DNA of 63,974 nt, counting the filler, from an uncultured bacterium (lineage in GTDB: Bacteria; Latescibacterota; UBA2968), in NCBI GenBank assembly GCA_964471275.1. It is 11 parts of 11 records of this genome, joined end to end, with 100 filler letters (N's around TTAATTAATTAA, not from the genome) between each part and the next. Parts side by side here need not be neighbours in the genome. Positions count along the whole stretch, not along the records: positions 1 to 6,165 come from CAYYGZ010000257.1; positions 6,266 to 12,389 come from CAYYGZ010000258.1; 9 more parts are not named here. One strand, 5' to 3'. Position 1 is the stretch's first letter; the number at the start of each line of letters is the position of its first letter. Made by a program: the position numbers and the translations under genes. The notes beneath the pieces are model-generated. The model was not told the DNA's origin, made no database searches, and worked only from the letters and a program-made list of their open reading frames with translations. Positions 1 to 9,443 of this stretch are shown piece after piece.

Positions 1-71
1 TGCGCATCAGCTTGGGCGACCGGCAGAATCAAAGCCAGCAGGCATACCCAGATCAAGTTACGATAGTTCAC
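1..71 (-). CDS. N-terminus of a secreted protein, third gene of the TBDR operon (cut by the window edge)
   Basis: AAGGAGG RBS then GTG at 71. Reads MNYRNLIWVCLLALILPVAQADA, a typical Sec signal peptide. Starts 24 nt after the stop of the 96..2330 ORF. Confidence 0.65.
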   Translation of the reverse strand, partial: MNYRNLIWVCLLALILPVAQADA

Positions 72-95
72 AACTGCCTCCTTATCCGGTCAGGC

Positions 96-2330
96 CTAGC
101 GGACAATGACGAACTTCTCGATGTCGCTGTCGCCGGTTGCGGGATCCGTGATGTGGGCAACGTAGACCCCACTCACGATGAACTGGTTGTTATCGTTCGC
201 CATCAACTCCCACTCCTTGTCACCCGAGCCGGTTGTGTGATCCAGTCGTGTGACCAGGTCGCCGTTGAGCGTGAAGATGCGGATGATCGCGTTTGCCGGC
301 AGGTTCACAAAGAGTAGCTTGTTCGGCTGCCCCGTGAAGTTTGTCCCACCAGAACTGAGGTCACCGCCCAGGATGCTGTACGGGTTGGGTACAACACGAA
401 CCTGGGTCAGATCGCTGACTGGCGAAGAGAAAGGGCTGACGCCCGATGATGCGCCTCGCGTGGCAAAGACGCTGCTTTCCTGTCCGTCTGCGTCGACAGC
501 CGTGACGGCGTAGAAGTAGCGCTCGCCTCTGACCACGTCCTGGTCGTCGTAGCTGGTACTGGTGACGAGAGAACTCCCGTTGACCGGCACAGGCGGATCG
601 GCCAGGTTGGTTTCGTGTCCGGCCATACGGTAGACGTTGTAGCCAACTGCATCAGAAACCGATGACCAGCTGAGCTCGTTCTGCGAAGGGCCGGAGTTGT
701 AGGTGACCGAGGATGGCCAGGAAGGTCCGAGTGGAAGGCTCGGCGCCACACCGATTGGCCACGACGAAGGGTTGCCCTGAACCGTACCGTTCACGACGCG
801 GCGGTCCGCCCAGGCCTGACGCGCGAGCGCGATGCTGGCATTGAGCGAGTCCATACCGCTGTCCAGAAAAGCTTCCTTCTCCGCGAAGGTTATCGCGCCG
901 GATGACCACTGGGCACCGACCTGCTTGTTCATGGCCTCGTGAGGTCCGTTGACGGCCCAGACCTCGACCACGTGAATCCATTCCCCCACGGCCAGGTCCC
1001 AGGGACCCATCGTGACCTGGAGCGTGTTGGGTTCCAGCACCTGCTGCTGATCGGCCGGGTCGTTGCTCTGCATCAGGCGTTGGTCACGCGTGGTGCCGGG
1101 TTCAACGATCCAGTCATAAACCTCTGATCTCGCGTTCCCGCTCGAGTTGACCCAGTTGACGTTGTTAACCCGCTTGATTGCACGAGGCTGTGCCGTTTCG
1201 TCCCCGGCCGCCGGTGCGGCGCCTCCTGCTGACGCATCCAGAAGCCAGTTGTTGGCGTCAGAGAAGTCCTCGAAGGTCGTCGGGTCCTTTGACACATACA
1301 GATACACCTTGGCCTTATACTCCGACTCGAGGAACTGACCGGCCGAGATACGTGCCTCGGCTGCCTGCGAGAGGGACTCGTGACCGGACGGGGGTGCTGG
1401 CTCTCCGCGGTCATCGCCGTCGGATCGGAATCCGGAGGAGATGCCCGAATCGCCGTCACGCGCCCAGACCATCTTTGCATCATCATCGTAGAAATAGAGC
1501 TCGTCCCAGCGTCCGAGGGCGCCAAGATTAGCTTCTCCGAGCTTTGTCGGGCCAAAATCGTCCTGGCCCTGGCCGACCTGGGCCATCGGGCCCTGACCGT
1601 TGCCGCCCATCAGCACGAAATTGAGGCCGAGGTAGAAATTCTGAAACACCGGGTTGGCAGTCGCCGACTCAGGACTGAGGTCAGCCGCTCCCGCGCCCGC
1701 ACGCTGGTCCGGCACATAAGCCGGGTCCGGCCGCCCAAAGCTGCGGACGTTGATGAAGAAATCGTCCTGCTCAGGACTCTGCCACGCGTAGACCCTGCTC
1801 CGCTCTGACATCCCGCCCGCCCGGAAGCCCTCGTAGGGCTGCATAAAGTCGGCAGGCAGGTCTGAAATGACCTGGTCTCCTTTGTTGGCAAAGATCGTCC
1901 AATCAGGGTCGCCAAGCGAGGTCCCATCCTGGGTCACCGTCGGTGGCTGGTTGCGGAAATACTTCGGAAGCTCACCGTCTCCGTATCTGAACTTGTCGTA
2001 GGTCCAGTCGAGAGCGTCCTGCATGTAATCGTTGACGAACTTGTTGAAAGGCTGTCCCAGCAGCTCCGGCTGGTCATTCTGGAAAGGCTCGAAGTAGGAC
2101 GGCACGTTGAAGTCTTCGATACACATCTGCCAGTAGCCCTGCATCTGGTTGGCTACACGGGTACCGACATCAGGGCTCGTGAAGCCGGTTGCCCGCCCAC
2201 CTGGAACATTGACAGATTTGATAAAGTCGACGCCCGGCGCGGAGCCCCACATTCGACCGATCCACTGGGCATCCGCCTGCAGGGCCAGCACGCCGATCAG
2301 TGCGATCATCAATAGTATTCTACGTGTCAC
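96..2330 (-). CDS. Secreted protein with fibronectin type III-like domain and T9SS-like C-terminal sorting domain
   Basis: 744 aa with signal peptide (..ALQADAQ). FN3-like segment LSWSSVSDAVGYNVYR..YFYAVTAVD. C-terminus VRVVPNPY..LLFVNLP..IRIFTLNGDLV..SGVYVAHI..KFVIVR resembles Por-secretion tails. Confidence 0.75.
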   Translation of the reverse strand: MTRRILLMIALIGVLALQADAQWIGRMWGSAPGVDFIKSVNVPGGRATGFTSPDVGTRVANQMQGYWQMCIEDFNVPSYFEPFQNDQPELLGQPFNKFVNDYMQDALDWTYDKFRYGDGELPKYFRNQPPTVTQDGTSLGDPDWTIFANKGDQVISDLPADFMQPYEGFRAGGMSERSRVYAWQSPEQDDFFINVRSFGRPDPAYVPDQRAGAGAADLSPESATANPVFQNFYLGLNFVLMGGNGQGPMAQVGQGQDDFGPTKLGEANLGALGRWDELYFYDDDAKMVWARDGDSGISSGFRSDGDDRGEPAPPSGHESLSQAAEARISAGQFLESEYKAKVYLYVSKDPTTFEDFSDANNWLLDASAGGAAPAAGDETAQPRAIKRVNNVNWVNSSGNARSEVYDWIVEPGTTRDQRLMQSNDPADQQQVLEPNTLQVTMGPWDLAVGEWIHVVEVWAVNGPHEAMNKQVGAQWSSGAITFAEKEAFLDSGMDSLNASIALARQAWADRRVVNGTVQGNPSSWPIGVAPSLPLGPSWPSSVTYNSGPSQNELSWSSVSDAVGYNVYRMAGHETNLADPPVPVNGSSLVTSTSYDDQDVVRGERYFYAVTAVDADGQESSVFATRGASSGVSPFSSPVSDLTQVRVVPNPYSILGGDLSSGGTNFTGQPNKLLFVNLPANAIIRIFTLNGDLVTRLDHTTGSGDKEWELMANDNNQFIVSGVYVAHITDPATGDSDIEKFVIVR

Positions 2331-2403
2331 ATTTCTCTCCTATCGTGAGTCAACCTACCCGCTCTTCAGGGTAAACTCCTCATCGGATTCTTGATTTCAT
2401 TCA

Positions 2404-5400
2404 CTAGAAACTGAGTCGGGCTCCAATCGTGATGTCGCGGCGATCGCTGAACAGGAAATAATCCCGTCGCAAATCGGAGAAATCCTCGATATCTGTCCCC
2501 GGCCGCTTACCCTCCTGCAGGTTGCCGTTCGAATCCACCGTCCAACCGATGGACTGCATATAAGATTCGAACCGGTTCCTCGTGCTCGTTCCGGCATACT
2601 CGAAGGCGCCGCCGCCGCTGAAGCTGCCGGCACCGCTTCGAGGCGTGTCCTCGTCGTTGATGGCGAAGACATCACTCCGGTTACCGCCCGGTGTTGTGTG
2701 TGTGTTCTTGAAGTTGAGCGGATTCGTGACCTCGAGATAGACCATTGGCTGGCCCTGCACGTCGAACATCTTGGAGAGTCGAAGGTTTCCAGTATAGGAG
2801 TCCTTCCACTGCGCATTCAGTTGGTTCACCTTGGAAGCGTCTGCGTTGCCCGGGTTGTAGTTGAACCACTCCCCGCCCTCACGCTCGAAGTAGAAGCCGA
2901 CATTCCACCCACCCTTGAGCAGGCTCTGGTTGTCGCCATAGTCGAGCGGCGTCCGCAGGTTTCCACCCAGTTTGATTTGCGGTTTGGCCTTGAACGGAGG
3001 CGCGGCGTTGTTCGGGTTCCATTGCAGAACCGTAAACGATGGCCGCGACGTCGTCTTGGCATCCTGAAGTTCACGCCACGCCGTGTTCCGGACGCGGGCA
3101 ACGCGTATGTCATACGACAGGAAGCCCGTAAGGAACTTTCCGCGCCTCTTCTGCATCTTCAACTCCAGACCGCGGGCATCGGTCGCAAAGGCGTTCATCG
3201 TGAAGCGTGTGTTGCGTCCGCCAAACTGGAGGCGTGCACGACCATCCGTCCACGCTTCGTTCTCGCCATCCTTGAAATACACCGTGCTGGTAAAGAGATA
3301 CTGACCCAGGAAGCTGCGCTCGTATCCCATCTCGTACTGGATCGTCCGCTCCATCTTCATCCACGGATTCCCCAGATACTCGAGCGACTGGCCAAGACCG
3401 CTCTGCGCACGATACATATCACGCGTGTTCACAATCTGGTTAAAGTGTCCGTAGTTGATGAACATCTTGCTCAAATCGGTGATCGGGTAAGACGCGCCGA
3501 ACCGCGGGCTGAACACCCAGTCTGTCGGCGGACGGACCAGCCGTGCACGCGAGTAGACCAGCACGGCGTCGCGCCCATACCAGGCCGCGTGTGTCTCATT
3601 CGGCAGGTCGAAGTAGAGGTCGGGTCGGTGGAAGTCGAGCCGGAAACCGACATTAGCTACGATCGACCGATACTCCATCCGATCCTGGAAGAATACGCCA
3701 CCGTAAATTGGCGTCTTGACCTCATAGTTGTTGTGGTCACCCGTGGCCCCGCCGGAGGGCACATCTGTCTCCGGCAGCCAGGGGAATCCAGCATTCCCCG
3801 TCGAGGAGATCCGCGGTCCCTCATACTCATCCGCAAACTGCGCATCGGCGAATTCGGGCACGGCCGAAGGGACGTAACCCCGGTTCTCGTGCAGATCGAA
3901 GTTGTGTATCTGGATCCCTGTCTTGATCTGGTGATTCGGCGTGACCTGGCTCGTCAGATCCAGTGTGACGTCGTTTTCCCAGATCTTGGACCAGTCACCG
4001 GCGCGGCTGTTACCACCACCACCCTGCATCCGGTAGATGTTCAGGATATCGTTCCCGCCGGGGTTGTAGTTCCACCCGAAGGGCGCCTCGCTCATCACGA
4101 CAGCACCAGCCGCCCGAGCAGCGTCGGCACCGGCATCCGTGACTGGTGTCGCCGTTCCGTCACGCCCAATTGCAACTGCTGCGGAGGACGCGAGCTTCTG
4201 CGGATGCCACGTCGCTGTCCATTCGACCGAACCAAAGCGTGCCGTCAGGTTGTAGAACGTCTTCGGTGACAGCGTGTGTGACCAGCTGATCAGCCCGTGA
4301 TTCCGGGTAATGCCGAGTTTCTGGTAGTCGGCAGAGGGCATGAACATCCGCGAATGGGACAGGTTCTCGAACGCTGCCTGCTGTGTTCGCATTGCACTAC
4401 CGACGTTGTTGCCCTGATGACTGCCGTGCTGATAGCCGCGGATATACTGGGCCGTCAGCTTGGTCGTCGGTGTCGGGCTGAAGACCAGCTTCGCCTGCGT
4501 GGTATTGTCCCTGTAAGAGATCGTTCCCAGGTCGAAGGGATAGGCCATCCGCTCCTTACGCGTAGAGAACGTAAACCCGATCTTGTCCTGAAGGATCGGG
4601 CCGCCGACCGTCGCGTCCCAGAGGTAGTCCGAGTCACGATCTTCGGGATTTGAGTTGAAGGGACCGTCCGCAAGAGGATCGTCACCGTCAAAGGACCGAT
4701 GCTGCCAGTCCCAGATGCCCTTGGCCTGTTGGGCGGAGCTGATGACGTCTGTACCCGAAATCCCCCCGGTCCAATCCGTGCCGGAAGCGCCGCTGCGGCT
4801 CGCGAACTCCTGGTCCCAGCCGACGAAATCAGGAGACCCGTCCGAATTCGTGTCCGCTGTGGGCGCAAACGACTGGAACCGGCCCACATCCCACCAGTTG
4901 TCGTCAGAGTAAACGTTCGGGCCGAAATGCTTGCGGCCAGCCGGGTTGTAGGTAGCGTCGGCAGCCGTAAACCACGAACGAGGCTCTTTCGTCACGAAAT
5001 TCACGACACCACCACGCTTGTTCCCGTGCTCGGCCGTGAAACCGCCGGTCAGAATCTGGACCTGCTTGATGCCTGTCTTTGAAAACGACGTGTAGGCACG
5101 AGACTGACGGTTGTCCGAACCCGTCACACCATCCACGTTGTATGAGATCTGCTGCGAGTTCTCACCACGGATCGTGATGCCCCAGGCGTCCGTGTCCAGC
5201 CCCACCTGGGAGGCGACCTGGTCGCGAAGCCGGGGTCCCAGCGGAATCCCTTCGACCTGCTCCTGCGTCAATGCCTGCTGGGCAAACGAAATATCCATCT
5301 GCACAGGATCGAGATCAGCAGTGACAACCAGTTCCTCCAGCTCCAACGAACCTTCCGTCAGCTGGAAATCAACAGTGGCCGTGCGGTCAACAAAGACCTC

Positions 5401-5697
5401 AACCTGAGTCTTCGTCACATTCTGATAGCCAACAAGCGTGGCCCGCACATCATAAACTCCAGGTGTTACGAGCAGGATGAAATACTCACCATTAACACCT
5501 GCCACACCGCCCTGCCGGGTCCCGACAAGAACGACGTTCGCGCCGGGAAGGGGTTCACCGTTTGCGTCCGTGACGCGGCCGGCGACCTTACCCGTCGTCT
5601 GTGCAAAAGTGCCACTCGGTATACAAAGCAGTACTGCAAGGAGCAGAACAGCCCAGATACCCAGCGGACCGGACCTAAACCTGCAAAGTTGCTTCAT
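2404..5697 (-). CDS. TonB-dependent receptor with N-terminal carboxypeptidase-regulatory-like domain
   Basis: 1097 aa; signal peptide; GKVAGRVTDANGEPLPGANV; plug motifs IRGE..YNVDG and TGGFTAEHG..GGVVNFVTK; SPRFG; ends in aromatic F; AGGAGG RBS. Confidence 0.9.
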   Translation of the reverse strand: MKQLCRFRSGPLGIWAVLLLAVLLCIPSGTFAQTTGKVAGRVTDANGEPLPGANVVLVGTRQGGVAGVNGEYFILLVTPGVYDVRATLVGYQNVTKTQVEVFVDRTATVDFQLTEGSLELEELVVTADLDPVQMDISFAQQALTQEQVEGIPLGPRLRDQVASQVGLDTDAWGITIRGENSQQISYNVDGVTGSDNRQSRAYTSFSKTGIKQVQILTGGFTAEHGNKRGGVVNFVTKEPRSWFTAADATYNPAGRKHFGPNVYSDDNWWDVGRFQSFAPTADTNSDGSPDFVGWDQEFASRSGASGTDWTGGISGTDVISSAQQAKGIWDWQHRSFDGDDPLADGPFNSNPEDRDSDYLWDATVGGPILQDKIGFTFSTRKERMAYPFDLGTISYRDNTTQAKLVFSPTPTTKLTAQYIRGYQHGSHQGNNVGSAMRTQQAAFENLSHSRMFMPSADYQKLGITRNHGLISWSHTLSPKTFYNLTARFGSVEWTATWHPQKLASSAAVAIGRDGTATPVTDAGADAARAAGAVVMSEAPFGWNYNPGGNDILNIYRMQGGGGNSRAGDWSKIWENDVTLDLTSQVTPNHQIKTGIQIHNFDLHENRGYVPSAVPEFADAQFADEYEGPRISSTGNAGFPWLPETDVPSGGATGDHNNYEVKTPIYGGVFFQDRMEYRSIVANVGFRLDFHRPDLYFDLPNETHAAWYGRDAVLVYSRARLVRPPTDWVFSPRFGASYPITDLSKMFINYGHFNQIVNTRDMYRAQSGLGQSLEYLGNPWMKMERTIQYEMGYERSFLGQYLFTSTVYFKDGENEAWTDGRARLQFGGRNTRFTMNAFATDARGLELKMQKRRGKFLTGFLSYDIRVARVRNTAWRELQDAKTTSRPSFTVLQWNPNNAAPPFKAKPQIKLGGNLRTPLDYGDNQSLLKGGWNVGFYFEREGGEWFNYNPGNADASKVNQLNAQWKDSYTGNLRLSKMFDVQGQPMVYLEVTNPLNFKNTHTTPGGNRSDVFAINDEDTPRSGAGSFSGGGAFEYAGTSTRNRFESYMQSIGWTVDSNGNLQEGKRPGTDIEDFSDLRRDYFLFSDRRDITIGARLSF

Positions 5698-5816
5698 TCC
5701 CTTCCTCCTGATTTACGGTCTACACGAACCGGAGGGGATACGCACCGCTATGGGCGGTAGTCCGGACGTGGCGTGGCGAATGGATGACAACTGACAGCTC
5801 CTACACCTGCAAACAC

Positions 5817-5850
5817 AAAAAGCCCGACTTACGTGTGAACGTAATCGAGC
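5817..5850 (-). terminator. Intrinsic-terminator-like hairpin inside the TBDR 5' leader
   Basis: Minus strand GCTCGATTACGT-TCAC-ACGTAAGTCGGGC followed by TTTTT, ~120 nt upstream of the TBDR ATG. Confidence 0.55.
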
Positions 5851-6165
5851 CAGAGTTACTCACCGAAACCCGGATGCCCCTGCATCCAGAGTCAGCTATG
5901 CAATCAACCACAGTCTCCACTGCCACCCTGCCCGGTTCCGCAAGAGACTCTTACCCGACAACTGATTGCCCCTATTAGATCATCTCCGAAACTCATTGGT
6001 GTCGGCCCTGCCTAGAATGCCCGTGTTTAAAGGGTATTCCGACGCAGGAGAAAAGGACTTATCAGCATTGTTATCAATTCTTATGCCATCTCGTACAGCT
6101 GTGAACGACACGTAAGGGTAAAAAACTTACAAGGTCAAACGCTTTTTTTTGGCACTGTAGTAAAC

Positions 6166-6265
6166 NNNNNNNNNNNNNNNNNNNNNNNNNNNNNNNNNNN
6201 NNNNNNNNNTTAATTAATTAANNNNNNNNNNNNNNNNNNNNNNNNNNNNNNNNNNNNNNNNNNNN
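6166..6265. other. Artificial contig spacer (first of ten identical ones)
   Basis: N44-TTAATTAATTAA-N44, giving stops in all six frames; repeated about every 6 kb. Confidence 0.97.
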
Positions 6266-6430
6266 GAGCCCGATGTCGAGGATGATCAAATCGGGTATCT
6301 GCCGGTAGATGGCCTCGAAAGTCTTTCGAGCATCCGATGCAAGGATGATTTCGAGATTCTCGCTACTCAGTGCCTCCTGCAGCAACAGGAGTTGAGCGTT
6401 GTCGTCGTCGACAATCAGTACGCGAGGCAT
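6266..6430 (-). CDS. Response regulator receiver domain (3' truncated by contig end)
   Basis: MPRVLIVDDD..PDLIILDIGL, CheY-like receiver motifs. Confidence 0.85.
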
Positions 6431-6530
6431 CGAATCACTCTGTCGGGATTTGTTTTCACGGACATAGGAAGACGAAATTTAACGATTTGGGCTCTGTCTT
6501 GGAAGGGCTTTTTATGCGAGGATCGCAATT

Positions 6531-7415
6531 ATGAATGAGATACAGGGCATTGTTCCCCCCATGGTTACACCTTTTCTACCCGATGGGGAGATCAACGCGG
6601 CCGCTATTGCGACAGATGTAACCTATCTGATCGAGGAGGCAAGTGTCCACGGGCTCGCCGTCTGTGGGAGTACGGGCGAAGGGCATACGCTCACGACGGA
6701 AGAGACACGGGTGATCACACAAACGGCGGTCAGGGCGGCGAGCGACCGGATTCCCGTTATCACGGGGATCATCACGGACAGCACGCAGGGCTCGGTCGAA
6801 CGCGGAAAAGCCGTTGCGGATCTTGGCATTGCCGCGCTCCAAGTTACGCCCGTTCACTATCTGTTTCGACCGACTGATGAGGCGATGGTGACACACTTCC
6901 GAACACTGACGGAGGAGACGGGGTTGCCCGTGATGATCTACAACGTGGTACCCTGGACGTATCTGTCACCTGGACTTCTGGATCGGATTTTGACTGAGGT
7001 GGATGGTGTGATCGGGGTGAAACAGAGCGCGGGGGATATGAAGCTATTGGCGGACCTGCTGGTCACGTCGGGGAGCAAGGGTCGAATCATGACGGCAGTG
7101 GATGCGCTGCTGTATCCGTCGTTCGCGCTGGGGGCGCACGGAGCGATCGCTGCCGTGTTGACCGCTGCTCCGACTCTATGTGTCGATGTTTGGGATGCTG
7201 TGAACGCGGGGGATCACATGAAAGCAAAGGCCGTGCACGAGAAGCTGCTCGGGATCTGGAACGCGATCAATCACGATAATCTGCCCGCAAATGTGAAATG
7301 CGCGATGCGTCTGCAGGGACGAGACGGGGGGGTGCCGCGGGCCCCGATGCCAGCTTCCAGCCTCGAACAGGAGGAGGAAATCCGGTATGCGCTGGGGGCG
7401 GCAGGACTACTCTAG
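6531..7415 (+). CDS. Dihydrodipicolinate synthase / N-acetylneuraminate lyase family aldolase
   Basis: PPMVTPF, GSTGE, MIYN and GVKQS (Schiff-base Lys) motifs; 294 aa. Confidence 0.88.
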   Translation: MNEIQGIVPPMVTPFLPDGEINAAAIATDVTYLIEEASVHGLAVCGSTGEGHTLTTEETRVITQTAVRAASDRIPVITGIITDSTQGSVERGKAVADLGIAALQVTPVHYLFRPTDEAMVTHFRTLTEETGLPVMIYNVVPWTYLSPGLLDRILTEVDGVIGVKQSAGDMKLLADLLVTSGSKGRIMTAVDALLYPSFALGAHGAIAAVLTAAPTLCVDVWDAVNAGDHMKAKAVHEKLLGIWNAINHDNLPANVKCAMRLQGRDGGVPRAPMPASSLEQEEEIRYALGAAGLL

Positions 7416-7742
7416 AGTGTACTGATTCAGAGTTGGTGTTTACAGTTCAGGTTCGTTGGAGTCGGATGTTTCTCTACATTGGGTTAAGGTTGTTACCCGC
7501 ACGCACGTGTTTGTTGGATTCGCGCCGGGGACATTCCTTTCCGGATTCCGAGCGGTCATCGCGACGCGGCTCACAAATGTCCGCCCAGACCTGTGATGGG
7601 GCCGCGCGGTCACCCCGTTCCGGGGCTGAGACAGATCCAGATTCGAAACCGTGTTGTCAACAGCGTTTAACGAAAGCAGCGATCCCAAATCAGCCCTACC
7701 TATTGGCTCAATGTGTCAACACCACTATGACACTGGATACTC
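7415..7742. mobile_element. MITE-like non-autonomous element, copy 1
   Basis: Imperfect ~30-bp terminal inverted repeats (GAGTGTACTGATTCAGAGTTGGTGTTTACA vs GAGTATCCAGTGTCATAGTGGTGTTGACA). 7494-7742 is homologous to the reverse complement of 49076-49312. Sits between convergent genes; no transposase. Confidence 0.65.
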
Positions 7743-7768
7743 TGGATGTGCGTTGGCCTGCAGCTGGA

Positions 7769-9172
7769 CTAGCTTCTGGGTATTCGAATCGGCATGTAGA
7801 AGGTCTTCCGACCGCGGCGTATGAGGAGGAGCATGTCGTCGCCTGCTGAGAGATCCGTGAGGACATCACGCAATTCCTCGAAGGTACCGACGGGTTTCCG
7901 GTTGATTTCAAGGACGAGGTCGAGCCGCCGGAGACCGGAGCGGGCCGCAGACTTCCCGGGAACGACATCAGTGATGATCAAAGCAGAGCCGGGACGGTAT
8001 CCCAGTCGGCGGGCCAGGTCGTTTGTCATCTCCTGGAGCTCCCAGCCGAGCAGCTCATTTCGATTCGAGATAACCCCCGCCGTGGTCTCAGACGCCTCGA
8101 GTGTCGCGCGCACCGTTCTTTTCTTACTTCCTCTCCAGATGTCGATCTTGATCCGTTTCTCTGCTCCGGCCAGTCCGATTCTTCTCTGGTAGTCATCCTC
8201 ATCGGTGACGTTCCCCCCATCGATCGCCACAATGACATCGCCACGCGTCAGACCGGCCCGATCCGCCGGGCTGTCCGGGTGCACGGTGTTGATCAACACC
8301 CCAGATGTCGTGCCGACGCCGAGTGCGTCCGCCATGTCTGCCGTGAGCGTCTGGTAACTGACACCGAGGTATCCAACGATTACTTCGCCGTAGTCGATGA
8401 GCTGATCCTTGATCCGTGTTGCCAGATTGACGGGAATCGCGAACCCAATGCCCTGGTAGCCCCCCGACTGGCTAAGGATTGCCGCGTTTATTCCAACGAG
8501 CTCCCCCCGAAGGTTGACGAGTGCTCCCCCGCTGTTTCCCGGGTTGATTGCGGCATCCGTCTGGATGAAATCTTCGACGTCGACGATACCGACATCTCCC
8601 CGTCCTACGGCACTGACAATGCCGTAGGTAACCGTATGCTGCAGACCGAAGGGATTACCGATCGCCAGTACCCATTGGCCGACTTTCAGCTTGTCGGAAT
8701 CTCCGACCGGCACGATCGGAAGTTCGCCATCGGCGTCGACTTTTAGGACCGCCACGTCGCTCTTCTCATCGGTACCGACAACACGAGCCTGGAAGGAGCG
8801 ACCGTCCGTGAGGTCGATGACGATCCGGTCTGCGCCCTCAACGACGTGGTTGTTCGTGAGGACATAGCCATCAGGACTGATGATGACACCGGACCCGAGT
8901 CCCTGTGTACGACGTTCACGCTGTCGCTGGGGTACGCGGAAGAATCGGCGGAACAGGGGATCGTCGAAAGGAAGACCCCGAAACGGGCTGGCCGTCGCGA
9001 CGATTCGCTCCGTGGAGACGGCGACAACTCCGGCCTGCACACGCGCCGATACCTTTGCAAAGGTGTCGCTCATCCGCTCCAGCTGCTGGATGTCTTGCTC
9101 GAGGGTCGTTTCCGCGTGGGTCGAACCCAGGAATCCTATCAAGATGAACGATATCTGGATTAGGTGGCGCAT
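7769..9172 (-). CDS. degP: DegP/DegQ (Do family) serine endoprotease with two PDZ domains
   Basis: GLGSGVII, LTNNHVV, DVAVLK, IQTDAAINPGNSGGAL. Likely start MRHLIQ at 9172 with GGAG RBS. Confidence 0.92.
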   Translation of the reverse strand: MRHLIQISFILIGFLGSTHAETTLEQDIQQLERMSDTFAKVSARVQAGVVAVSTERIVATASPFRGLPFDDPLFRRFFRVPQRQRERRTQGLGSGVIISPDGYVLTNNHVVEGADRIVIDLTDGRSFQARVVGTDEKSDVAVLKVDADGELPIVPVGDSDKLKVGQWVLAIGNPFGLQHTVTYGIVSAVGRGDVGIVDVEDFIQTDAAINPGNSGGALVNLRGELVGINAAILSQSGGYQGIGFAIPVNLATRIKDQLIDYGEVIVGYLGVSYQTLTADMADALGVGTTSGVLINTVHPDSPADRAGLTRGDVIVAIDGGNVTDEDDYQRRIGLAGAEKRIKIDIWRGSKKRTVRATLEASETTAGVISNRNELLGWELQEMTNDLARRLGYRPGSALIITDVVPGKSAARSGLRRLDLVLEINRKPVGTFEELRDVLTDLSAGDDMLLLIRRGRKTFYMPIRIPRS

Positions 9173-9443
9173 CTGTGTCTGTCTCCGTTGGTTACTCGTG
9201 AAAACCGTGGCCAATGGGAACTCTTCGGCAGGATCAGGCATCTAACCTATTTGAAATCCTGTCAGAAGACCACGAAAAATCGGTCTGCAGGTCGTCGAAG
9301 ATGCTGTTTTTAATGAGATTCCGCTTGTTCAAATGTGCGAAATCTTCTTTCTTATCCAATCTGAATCCGTACGCCTCGGGCCGTGATCGAGCGCTCGAAC
9401 GCGTGATACTTAACAACCGATGGTTCAGGAGGTCTCATCGCGC

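Noticed and set aside
2698..4269. Long antisense ORFs (523 aa here; also 16358-17884 and 19896-21557)
   Set aside because: Shadow frames opposite well-supported genes in GC-rich DNA, with no motifs.
6531..7415. dapA (lysine biosynthesis)
   Set aside because: Family motifs are present, but the substrate-site pattern (PVHYLFRP, KQS) and context do not support true DapA. More likely a catabolic aldolase.
7298..7849. 183-aa ORF and the similar 70-aa ORF at 49017-49229 as a new small-protein family
   Set aside because: The shared peptide (..LLAQCVNT..TLDT) only reflects the DNA repeat. Starts, lengths and upstream frames differ, and no RBS is evident.
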